From sequence record MT446386.1: a stretch of 64,000 nt of DNA; one strand, 5' to 3'. The DNA comes from Escherichia virus TH06. A model generated the notes under the pieces. The model was not told where the DNA came from. It saw only the letters and a list, made by a program, of their open reading frames with translations, and did no database searches. This document shows positions 1-6,995 of the stretch, in pieces (position 1 is the first letter of the stretch; the number at the start of each line of letters is the position of its first letter). Made by a program: the position numbers and the translations under genes.

Positions 1-1
1 T

Positions 2-175
2 AAGCTGACATTTGAATTCCATAACGTAACCAAGCATCATAGCTTACGAGTTCGTGCTGGTATGCGTGTTGGTCAGATGGTTATGTTTGAGCACTCTCAT
101 GCAGGGGAGCACTCCTATGCAGTGAAGGGTCGTTATAATAACTCTGAAGGTGTAGTTGCATCTAAAGGTGTGTAA
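2..175 (+). CDS. 3' end of a small protein gene (5'-partial); C-terminus (NNSEGVVASKGV) resembles the following tandem family, likely a 4th paralog
   Basis: Frame 2 is open from window edge to TAA at 173-175, immediately before ATG 176; shares NSEG motif with ORF 176-373. Confidence 0.3.
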   Translation, partial: KLTFEFHNVTKHHSLRVRAGMRVGQMVMFEHSHAGEHSYAVKGRYNNSEGVVASKGV

Positions 176-373
176 ATGAAAAAGTGGATTGTTCGTGTAC
201 ATGATAACACGACTGGAGAGTTAGTAGCTGTAGATTTTGTTAAGACTCGAGAGCACGCACGTAGGGTCAAAAATCAATACAAATCTACTTTTAGACTTAA
301 TAAGGTTACACTAGGAAAAGCTATCGTGAATAGTGAAGGTGCTTTTTGTGTTAACAGTAAGGTTTATTATTAA
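176..373 (+). CDS. small protein, tandem paralog family A (65 aa)
   Basis: Track ORF; stop overlaps next ATG (TAATG); shares TR..AR..K and C-terminal SKVYY-type motif with next two ORFs. Confidence 0.55.
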   Translation: MKKWIVRVHDNTTGELVAVDFVKTREHARRVKNQYKSTFRLNKVTLGKAIVNSEGAFCVNSKVYY

Positions 374-582
374 TGAGACCGATCACTATGAGACAATTTT
401 GGTTAGCAAAGATTAAGTGGGCATCAGGTGGTATGACTATGACTGCACTACCCACTCGTCAACAGGCTCGAGATTTTAAAAAGTCTATGTTCAATGTAGA
501 CTTAACTAAGAGCATCAGTATTCATAAGGCCAAGGAGTATTCTTCTGGTCGTGTTTATATCAGCGGAAAGGTACATTACTAA
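373..582 (+). CDS. small protein, tandem paralog family A (69 aa)
   Basis: Track ORF; translationally coupled; TRQQARDFKK and C-terminal GKVHY. Confidence 0.55.
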   Translation: MRPITMRQFWLAKIKWASGGMTMTALPTRQQARDFKKSMFNVDLTKSISIHKAKEYSSGRVYISGKVHY

Positions 583-791
583 TGAAAAAGATGTGGGCTA
601 TTCATGTTGTTTGGGATCTTGAGCAACACATGAGAAAAGATAACATCAAATTGTTTGACACTCGCAAAGAGGCTCGTATTGCTAAGAAACAGTTGAAGAC
701 TCTGGGCACAATAGTAAAAAGCGCTGACATACATCGCTGGTATGAAGACCCTAACACTGGTTCTTTTATGTCTAAAGTAATTTACTACTGA
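582..791 (+). CDS. small protein, tandem paralog family A (69 aa)
   Basis: Track ORF; TRKEARIAKK and C-terminal SKVIYY. Confidence 0.55.
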   Translation: MKKMWAIHVVWDLEQHMRKDNIKLFDTRKEARIAKKQLKTLGTIVKSADIHRWYEDPNTGSFMSKVIYY

Positions 792-815
792 TTGGTAGTA
801 GATATGATAACTCTC

Positions 816-824
816 AAATGTATA
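816..824 (+). promoter_or_regulatory. AAATGTATA element, 8/9 match to the TAATGTATA element seen upstream of other genes in this window
   Basis: Located about 40 nt upstream of ATG 864. Confidence 0.2.
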
Positions 825-863
825 TAGAGTACAATAAGAATTTGTATTTTACAGGAGAGAGTT

Positions 864-1193
864 ATGTTAGATTTGAGTAAAGTGGCCCCGCCCACTGAAG
901 AGATTACAAAATCCAAGGTGATGCAACAGTTTTATCATCGTGATATGCTTGGTCGCTTTATCAAGAATCGTGATGTTGTTGCTTGGTCTATTGGTAATCA
1001 GGGATATCTGTTGAAGGTTCTTCAGGTTACAGGCTCAACTGCTAAGCGAGTTAAGGTGTATGACCCTGAAATGGGGCGTTCTAAGTCAGTAGACCCACAG
1101 AACTGCATCGTAATTACCCAGCAGGTAATGGATAATATTGCACGTAACGTTGCTAACTCAGTTGAACTTGATGGAGAAAACCCAAATGCATAA
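864..1193 (+). CDS. hypothetical protein (109 aa)
   Basis: Track ORF with upstream GGAGAG. Confidence 0.5.
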   Translation: MLDLSKVAPPTEEITKSKVMQQFYHRDMLGRFIKNRDVVAWSIGNQGYLLKVLQVTGSTAKRVKVYDPEMGRSKSVDPQNCIVITQQVMDNIARNVANSVELDGENPNA

Positions 1194-1749
1194 GAATGTT
1201 TTTGATTTACCTGAGATTGGTCGTGACAGTTATAGTATGTTAGACCGGTCTGAGCTTTCAATCTCTCGCCTTGAAACAATGCAAGGCATGATTAGTGCAA
1301 ACAGCCTAGAACACATCCTGAGCTGCTTACAAGCTAACATGGAACTATTGCATATCAAAGCTAAAAACTACCACTGGAACGTCTCTGGTGCAGGATTTCA
1401 GGGTGTTCATGGTATGTTTGATGAGCTGGAAGATTACGCACGACAGGTAGGAGATCGTATTGCTGAACGTATGCGTTACCACTGCGTTAAAGTGGATGCT
1501 ACAGCAGCTAATTATCTCTCCCATGCTTGGTTCTCAGAGGGTAATGCTGATCTAGACATGGACGGTATGCTCTCTGATATGTGCATGACCTTGATGTGTA
1601 TTATTGAGAAGATGGATGAGTTTGATGGTGATTTAGCCACCTACCCTGTCGATCAGAGTATGCTTCAAGAAATTAATGAAGGTCTTGGCAAGTATTGCTA
1701 CTTCGTCAAGAGCAACATGTCCCATTCAAGTGGTGATGTGTCTTACTAA
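1186..1749 (+). CDS. Dps/ferritin-like protein
   Basis: Motifs HWNVSGAGFQGVHGMFDELEDYARQVGDRIAERM resemble the Dps ferroxidase region; start moved to ATG 1186 (GGAG 9 nt upstream), overlapping upstream stop. Confidence 0.6.
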   Translation: MHKNVFDLPEIGRDSYSMLDRSELSISRLETMQGMISANSLEHILSCLQANMELLHIKAKNYHWNVSGAGFQGVHGMFDELEDYARQVGDRIAERMRYHCVKVDATAANYLSHAWFSEGNADLDMDGMLSDMCMTLMCIIEKMDEFDGDLATYPVDQSMLQEINEGLGKYCYFVKSNMSHSSGDVSY

Positions 1750-1809
1750 AACCTCCGCCCTGTCTCCTAACCCGAGGTGGGGAGAACTTATTTATAAGGA
1801 TATAGATAT

Positions 1810-1989
1810 ATGTTATCAGCAATCGTATGGGGTATTTGGGCTATCTTTATTGGTGGTGGTATTTATTGGGCTTCTGGTAAGCTTATTGAAGAAACTCCTG
1901 ATAAGAAAGGTGAGATTCAAACAGCATCAACTATCATGGTTATCGTAGCTGTTGTTATCCCGTTCCTGCTTCACCTCTTGACTGCATAA
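1810..1989 (+). CDS. small membrane protein, two predicted TM helices (59 aa)
   Basis: ATG 1810 after AAGGA; protein MLSAIVWGIWAIFIGGGIYW...IMVIVAVVIPFLLHLL; below the track length cut-off. Confidence 0.45.
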   Translation: MLSAIVWGIWAIFIGGGIYWASGKLIEETPDKKGEIQTASTIMVIVAVVIPFLLHLLTA

Positions 1990-1997
1990 GGATTTAC

Positions 1998-2273
1998 ATG
2001 TCTAAAGTAATTAAGTTTTATAGTGATCAGTGTGCTCCATGTAAAGCAATGGCTCCTACCTTTGAGAAGGTTGTTAAGGAGTTTGATGTAGAAGTGGAAG
2101 AGATTAACATCCTTGAAGGTGATGGTCGTGAACAAGCTGTTAAGTATGGTGTACGAAGCATCCCTGCTTTTGTTGTGCCTGACCGTAACAGTGGTGCACA
2201 CTACAGCCTCTCCGGTATGCAGACTGAAGCAAACCTGAAAGCATTTTTGGATACAGCTTTAGGTGTTAACTGA
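1998..2273 (+). CDS. thioredoxin-fold protein (CxxC)
   Basis: CAPC active-site-like motif and IPAFVV cis-Pro-like motif; 91 aa. Confidence 0.55.
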   Translation: MSKVIKFYSDQCAPCKAMAPTFEKVVKEFDVEVEEINILEGDGREQAVKYGVRSIPAFVVPDRNSGAHYSLSGMQTEANLKAFLDTALGVN

Positions 2274-2742
2274 TAAGATAAAAGAAGACCTAGCATATGA
2301 CCCTGATACTGGAATCTTTAGATGGAAGAATACTAAAGGTCGGAGAGTATCAGGGAACATTGCTGGGTGTGTCTCAACATTAGGTTACAGGTACATCTAT
2401 TGTGAAGGGAAATCTTACAGAGCATGTCGATTAGCTTGGTTTTTCTCTTATGGAAAGATGCCTGAGTTTGAGATTGATCACATCAACCAGATTAAACTGG
2501 ATGACTCTCTTAAAAACCTAAGAGATGTTGACCCATCTACAAACTGTCATAACAGAAAACAATACAATAGAGCCGGAAAAGCTGGAAAACTCCCAATGGG
2601 TGTTTACATTAGAGAGACGGCTAGTGGTACAAAATTCAGAGCTATCATCGGAGTTAACGGAAAGACTAAGCATTTAGGAACTTTCCACACTCCAGAGGAA
2701 GCAGAGATTGCTTATAACAAGGAGAAGTTGAAGTATGAATGA
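2263..2742 (+). CDS. HNH homing endonuclease with AP2-like DNA-binding domain
   Basis: EIDHINQIK...NLRDV...NCHNR HNH motif and C-terminal GVY..ETASGTKFRA...G.FHTPEEA; GTG start per track. Confidence 0.65.
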   Translation: MLTDKIKEDLAYDPDTGIFRWKNTKGRRVSGNIAGCVSTLGYRYIYCEGKSYRACRLAWFFSYGKMPEFEIDHINQIKLDDSLKNLRDVDPSTNCHNRKQYNRAGKAGKLPMGVYIRETASGTKFRAIIGVNGKTKHLGTFHTPEEAEIAYNKEKLKYE

Positions 2743-3391
2743 ACAATTACAAGCAACATTGATTGAAGCTATGGGCAGTGATAAAACCGTTGTTAATGCT
2801 GCAAGAGTTTCTTTTGGTGTTGTACGAGAGGGTGATTTGAATGATCGTGATACTCGGCTGATTAACTTCTTGGCTAGAGAGAAACACTGCACTCCGTTCC
2901 GTCATCCACAAGTGTCCTTTCGTTGTAAGGCTCCAATTGCAATCGCTCGTCAACTACAGAAGCATCAGGTTGGATTCTCGTGGAACGAAATGTCCCGGCG
3001 GTATAAAGATGGAGCAGTTGAAGTCTTCATCCCTAAAGAGATTTTTGCGAGACCTTCGGACCTCCATGCAGGTTCAGGGATTCAACTCATCGACGGAGAG
3101 CGAGCTGAAGCATTAATGCTGATTAACGATGCATATGAAGCTTCTCTAGCAGCATATGACAAGTTGATTGAATTTATTGCACCAGAGCAAGCTCGATTTG
3201 TTCTTCCTCAGGGGATGATCACTGAGTGGGTGTGGACTGGTTCTTTGTATGGCTGGTTTGAGTTGTGCCGTCAGCGACTCTCCTCTCACGCTCAATATGA
3301 AGTTCGAGTGTTTGCTAAATCTCTAGATGAAGAGATGGCTAAACTCTACCCAATCTCGTGGGCAGCTCTGAAGAAAACTTTGGAGAGTTAA
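2735..3391 (+). CDS. thyX: flavin-dependent thymidylate synthase (ThyX)-like protein, divergent motif
   Basis: HCTPFRH and KHQVGFSWNEMSRRY resemble the ThyX HxSPFEH / RHR...S.RY signature, with substitutions. Confidence 0.55.
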   Translation: MNEQLQATLIEAMGSDKTVVNAARVSFGVVREGDLNDRDTRLINFLAREKHCTPFRHPQVSFRCKAPIAIARQLQKHQVGFSWNEMSRRYKDGAVEVFIPKEIFARPSDLHAGSGIQLIDGERAEALMLINDAYEASLAAYDKLIEFIAPEQARFVLPQGMITEWVWTGSLYGWFELCRQRLSSHAQYEVRVFAKSLDEEMAKLYPISWAALKKTLES

Positions 3392-3392
3392 A

Positions 3393-3641
3393 ATGGCTAG
3401 TAAAAGTATTTGGATTCTGAGTCGTGTTGAAGAGACAGACAGAGGGGAGTACACAGAAGTGCTTTGCTCTTTCATTACATACCCCACAAAACAACAGCTT
3501 GAAGATGCTGGAGTAGAAATAAATCTTTCTCAATCTCTTTTTGATAAAAAGGTTTCCAAGTCAACAGCCCCATTCTTTGGTTATTACTACACACTTGATA
3601 GTTTGGAGCTACTGATGAATGATTCTTGTTTGGAGAATTAA
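3393..3641 (+). CDS. hypothetical protein (82 aa)
   Basis: Track ORF. Confidence 0.45.
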   Translation: MASKSIWILSRVEETDRGEYTEVLCSFITYPTKQQLEDAGVEINLSQSLFDKKVSKSTAPFFGYYYTLDSLELLMNDSCLEN

Positions 3642-3775
3642 TGTTGGAAGAAGATGACGATGTGTTCTGCACCAAGTGTGGGATGACAGTTGATGATGCA
3701 TATGACCCAAGTGTAGAAATTTGTCCATGTTGCGGAGTATGTGAATATTGCTGTTCCCACAACTCAGAGGATTAG
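3641..3775 (+). CDS. small Cys-rich protein (44 aa), zinc-ribbon-like
   Basis: ATG overlaps upstream stop (TAATG); CTKCG...CPCCGVCEYCC. Confidence 0.35.
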   Translation: MLEEDDDVFCTKCGMTVDDAYDPSVEICPCCGVCEYCCSHNSED

Positions 3776-3787
3776 CAGGAATTCCTT

Positions 3788-4021
3788 ATGAAGATAAAAC
3801 ATATTACAGATATTCAGGAGGCATTTAGAATGCTTCCTCGAAGAGAGAAAGATAAGATTAAGAAGCTTATTCAAGTCTATGGTCATACATCTGAAGGTGA
3901 TGTAGATTATATGCCTGCCACTTTTAGAGAATGCGGAATTGCTCGTAATTTCACATTTGATCGTAAAGTGTTTCAGCAATTCGTTGACCACTGGAGAAAA
4001 GATGGAAAAGAAAGTCTGTAG
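3788..4021 (+). CDS. hypothetical protein (77 aa)
   Basis: Track ORF. Confidence 0.4.
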   Translation: MKIKHITDIQEAFRMLPRREKDKIKKLIQVYGHTSEGDVDYMPATFRECGIARNFTFDRKVFQQFVDHWRKDGKESL

Positions 4022-4187
4022 CTTCTGTAAGAAAGAGAAGACTGTCGCCAACTTTAAACCTAATCCTGTAACCGGTTTGACTCATGTCATGTGTCACTCT
4101 TGCAGGATATACCTTGAAACAAAGCACACCATTAACAGGTTGCACTATTATCACCCAACAACATTCAAATTTAAGGTTGTGAAATGA
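4002..4187 (+). CDS. small zinc-ribbon-like protein (61 aa)
   Basis: Internal ATG 4002 after GGAG; CSFC...CHSC; track ORF 3939 N-terminus overlaps previous gene. Confidence 0.4.
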   Translation: MEKKVCSFCKKEKTVANFKPNPVTGLTHVMCHSCRIYLETKHTINRLHYYHPTTFKFKVVK

Positions 4188-4513
4188 TTGACAGTAATAC
4201 ATTTAGGACTTCAAATGGAAGTGAGATAAGTCCCGCTGAAGTAATAAATCGGCACAGAAGGCAATTGATCATCCATTCCTATTTGTATTACTGGTTGGAT
4301 GACCCTATCTGGTCTGATGATAAATGGCAACAAGTTGCTAATGATCTAGTGGAGCTGCAAGCTCTGTATCCAGAGCCTACCGGAGTCTTTGACGCTGAGT
4401 TCAAAGATTGGGATGGTTCTACAGGAATGCATCTCCCACACAACGAGGCTGTTGCTTGTATGGCGACAGCTGTTTACAGGATTCATAAAGACATGAACCA
4501 TGAAGTGCTCTAG
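4184..4513 (+). CDS. hypothetical protein (109 aa)
   Basis: Track ORF, start overlaps upstream stop. Confidence 0.5.
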   Translation: MIDSNTFRTSNGSEISPAEVINRHRRQLIIHSYLYYWLDDPIWSDDKWQQVANDLVELQALYPEPTGVFDAEFKDWDGSTGMHLPHNEAVACMATAVYRIHKDMNHEVL

Positions 4514-4685
4514 ATGTGAAGGAACAAACCTTCATTTAAGTAACAAGGTTATCAGAGAGCTTGCCAAAGGCTCTCCAACCAAAGGGAAGAACAAACGATT
4601 TACTAACGTCAGGGTTTATACAGCAATCTGCAAAGACTGCTTAACTACTGAGTGTCATTACGAAGAAATTGGAGAGCGTAAATGA
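4500..4685 (+). CDS. small zinc-ribbon-like protein (61 aa)
   Basis: CSRC...CKDC pairs. Confidence 0.45.
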   Translation: MKCSRCEGTNLHLSNKVIRELAKGSPTKGKNKRFTNVRVYTAICKDCLTTECHYEEIGERK

Positions 4686-5419
4686 GTCGTCGTCAATCAC
4701 GGAAAGAATCACGGAAAGACCTTCGTCGGGAAGCACTTGTTACTCGTAAAGGTAAGAGAGAGTATGAAGAGGTGGTTTTAGCAAAGCCTGTAGTTCCTCA
4801 GAACCAGTTTCAGTCTGAGCTACTTAATGCTATCAAGACTAAACAAGTTGTGTTCACAGACGCTCCTGCGGGCTGTGGTAAGACCTTTGTAATCACTTCC
4901 ACGGTTATTGATGCACTGAAGAGTGGTAAGATTCAGAAGATCATCTTGAGTCGACCTTCAGTTGGCATGGGTAACTCTCTTGGGTTACTTCCGGGAGGGA
5001 TGCGTGAGAAGTTTGAACCATACCTTATGCCTATTATTGATGTTATTACTCAGCGATATGGTAAGGGGTTCTATGAATGCCAAATCGGAAATGGTAATAT
5101 TGAATTTGTACCTCTGGAATATCTCCGTGGTCGTTCCTTCAATGATGCCATTGTTATCGTGGATGAGTTCCAGAACACCACTAAAGAGGAAGCCTTCTCC
5201 ATCATGACTCGATTGGGAGAAACCTCTCAGCTGTTCTGCATGGGTGATACAAACCAGCATGATATGCGTGGTCGTGAGAGTGGCCTCACTTGGGCTACTA
5301 ACTTTATTGATGAACACGATCTGTATGAGTTTGCTGAGATTGTAGACGGTGAATCGGATGATATTGTTCGTTCTGGTTTCTGTAAGGCGATTGTTAAAGC
5401 AATGGAAAAGAAAGCTTAA
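4682..5419 (+). CDS. phoH: PhoH-like ATPase
   Basis: Walker A DAPAGCGKTF, LSRPSVGMGNSLGLLPG, IVDEFQN, MGDTNQHD match the PhoH family. Confidence 0.8.
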   Translation: MSRRQSRKESRKDLRREALVTRKGKREYEEVVLAKPVVPQNQFQSELLNAIKTKQVVFTDAPAGCGKTFVITSTVIDALKSGKIQKIILSRPSVGMGNSLGLLPGGMREKFEPYLMPIIDVITQRYGKGFYECQIGNGNIEFVPLEYLRGRSFNDAIVIVDEFQNTTKEEAFSIMTRLGETSQLFCMGDTNQHDMRGRESGLTWATNFIDEHDLYEFAEIVDGESDDIVRSGFCKAIVKAMEKKA

Positions 5420-5430
5420 ACAGTAACTTA

Positions 5431-5439
5431 TAATGTATA
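5431..5439 (+). promoter_or_regulatory. TAATGTATA element, candidate promoter for the phage-encoded sigma factor
   Basis: Exact 9-mer 37 nt upstream of ATG 5476; same 9-mer recurs upstream of three other genes. Confidence 0.4.
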
Positions 5440-5475
5440 CTCCTTAGTGTACACTGATATATTAAGGAGTTTTAA

Positions 5476-5793
5476 ATGGCAGATCATGTAGGAAAGAGAG
5501 ATTATGCACAAGAAAGACGTACCGCAATTGCCCGTGGTGAGACAGGCGTTGGGAGCAAGAGCGGAGATGCTCAGCGCCACCGTGCACGTCGCATCGTTGA
5601 AAAGCGCGATGGAAAAGCTGCTGTCAGAGGTAAAGACGTTGGACACAAACGAGCTGTCAAGTCTGGAGGCTCTAATGCGTCAAGCAACTTACGTGTTGAA
5701 TCAGTCAGCTCAAACCGTTCAAACGGCGGCAAAAGTGGTGATCGAGCTGGAAAAGCAGCTGGAGCACGCAAAGGAGCTTTAAGCTCATCGTAA
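5476..5793 (+). CDS. basic G/K/R/S-rich protein (105 aa); alternative overlapping frame 5504-5782 also open
   Basis: Strong RBS TAAGGAG 8 nt upstream; own upstream element and downstream terminator; locally GC-rich. Confidence 0.4.
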   Translation: MADHVGKRDYAQERRTAIARGETGVGSKSGDAQRHRARRIVEKRDGKAAVRGKDVGHKRAVKSGGSNASSNLRVESVSSNRSNGGKSGDRAGKAAGARKGALSSS

Positions 5794-5797
5794 TATG

Positions 5798-5826
5798 AGG
5801 CCACCCAAATGGGTGGCCTTTTCTTT
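5798..5826 (+). terminator. rho-independent terminator
   Basis: GGCCACCC-AAAT-GGGTGGCC stem-loop followed by TTTTCTTTT. Confidence 0.65.
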
Positions 5827-5861
5827 TATATAAACCAAATTAAACTTCTTAGGTAATAAAT

Positions 5862-6116
5862 ATGTCTATTGTAAAAATCGTAAATATCATTGATGTAACT
5901 CGTACCGGTAAAACTATTAGTTGGAAATTCACCAATAAGCATAGAGGTTCAGAGAACATCATTCGTTCTATGATTCAACAAAACCCAAATACAGCTCGCA
6001 CTAACGTACTCCTTCGCGGAGCTGATGGAAAATTTATCTCTTATAAGAATAAGAACGTAGAAAAATCTTTCCGTGTTGCAGTAGAAAATCTCATCCCATT
6101 CCCTAAAGGAGTTTAA
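5862..6116 (+). CDS. small protein, paralog family B (84 aa)
   Basis: Shares ...LLRGADGKFISYKNKN...PFPKG with the next ORF. Confidence 0.5.
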   Translation: MSIVKIVNIIDVTRTGKTISWKFTNKHRGSENIIRSMIQQNPNTARTNVLLRGADGKFISYKNKNVEKSFRVAVENLIPFPKGV

Positions 6117-6117
6117 T

Positions 6118-6402
6118 ATGAATAAGTTAGCTATGGTTCAGATTCGGGACACATACCCTAACCGCCCGGAGCAGAAACCGCGTACTTGGTCTTATCTGTT
6201 GGCTGAAAGTAAGACTATTGACAAATACGCTGTAGGAATTGATACTATCCCAACCAGTATCACTTTGCTTCCTCACAAAACAGCCAGAACCCATGTGATG
6301 TTACGTGACAGCAAAGGTAAGTTTATCTCTTACCGTGATTCACGAATCAGTAATGAGATTAAAGCTGCTGTAGGATTTTTAATGACATTCCCAAAAGGTT
6401 GA
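6118..6402 (+). CDS. small protein, paralog family B (94 aa)
   Basis: ...MLRDSKGKFISYRDSR...TFPKG. Confidence 0.5.
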   Translation: MNKLAMVQIRDTYPNRPEQKPRTWSYLLAESKTIDKYAVGIDTIPTSITLLPHKTARTHVMLRDSKGKFISYRDSRISNEIKAAVGFLMTFPKG

Positions 6403-6405
6403 GTG

Positions 6406-6564
6406 ATGAAAGAATACATTTACGTAGGACAGCGCTGGTTCGGTGATGAATGGGAAGGTGGATACAGCGTTGTGAAAGCTTTTAAGTCGGAAGAAGATGC
6501 CAAGTCATGGGTCTTAAAAGACGATGTTGGCGAGAGAACTTACATTGAAGTAGAGGTGGAGTAG
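6406..6564 (+). CDS. small hypothetical protein (52 aa)
   Basis: ATG 6406 directly after upstream stop; fills a gap; weak RBS. Confidence 0.3.
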   Translation: MKEYIYVGQRWFGDEWEGGYSVVKAFKSEEDAKSWVLKDDVGERTYIEVEVE

Positions 6565-6565
6565 G

Positions 6566-6979
6566 ATGCCATTACCAACTAGACATCAAAACCGTTTCTT
6601 AGTTCTCAAGTGGGATGATATCGAAATGAATCTCACTGAGCACGAACTAGATTTGTTCCATGAATTATTATCAGAGATTCGCTCTGGTATTCCTGAACGT
6701 CAGTATGTGGTTATCAGTGATAAGCACCCTCAAGAGTTTGAAGAAGCTTGGGGCATGAAGCTGGCCTACATCCAGAGAGCTATTAGAGAAAGAGAAGAAG
6801 TCACTAACCAAAGGGTTGTGGCTCATTTAGTACGAGAGCAGCCTCGTGAGATTAGGTCTTCTTATTCTCCATCTACTTGGGCACAAACAAATGCAGCAAT
6901 GAGAACGTATGCTGTTGATTCCACATCATTGGATGTAGTAGAAGATAACCAAGCATTTACAGATTTACTTTACCAATAA
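6566..6979 (+). CDS. hypothetical protein (137 aa)
   Basis: Track ORF. Confidence 0.5.
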   Translation: MPLPTRHQNRFLVLKWDDIEMNLTEHELDLFHELLSEIRSGIPERQYVVISDKHPQEFEEAWGMKLAYIQRAIREREEVTNQRVVAHLVREQPREIRSSYSPSTWAQTNAAMRTYAVDSTSLDVVEDNQAFTDLLYQ

Positions 6980-6995
6980 TTTAAAGGAGTATAAA

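Noticed and set aside
1022-2953. Overlapping track ORFs 1022-1279(-), 1676-1948(+), 1971-2201(-), 2674-2892(-), 2747-2953(-)
   Set aside because: Each overlaps a better-supported gene (Dps-like, thioredoxin-like, HNH, ThyX-like) on the other strand or frame; 1676-1948 is replaced by the small membrane ORF 1810-1989 in a different frame.
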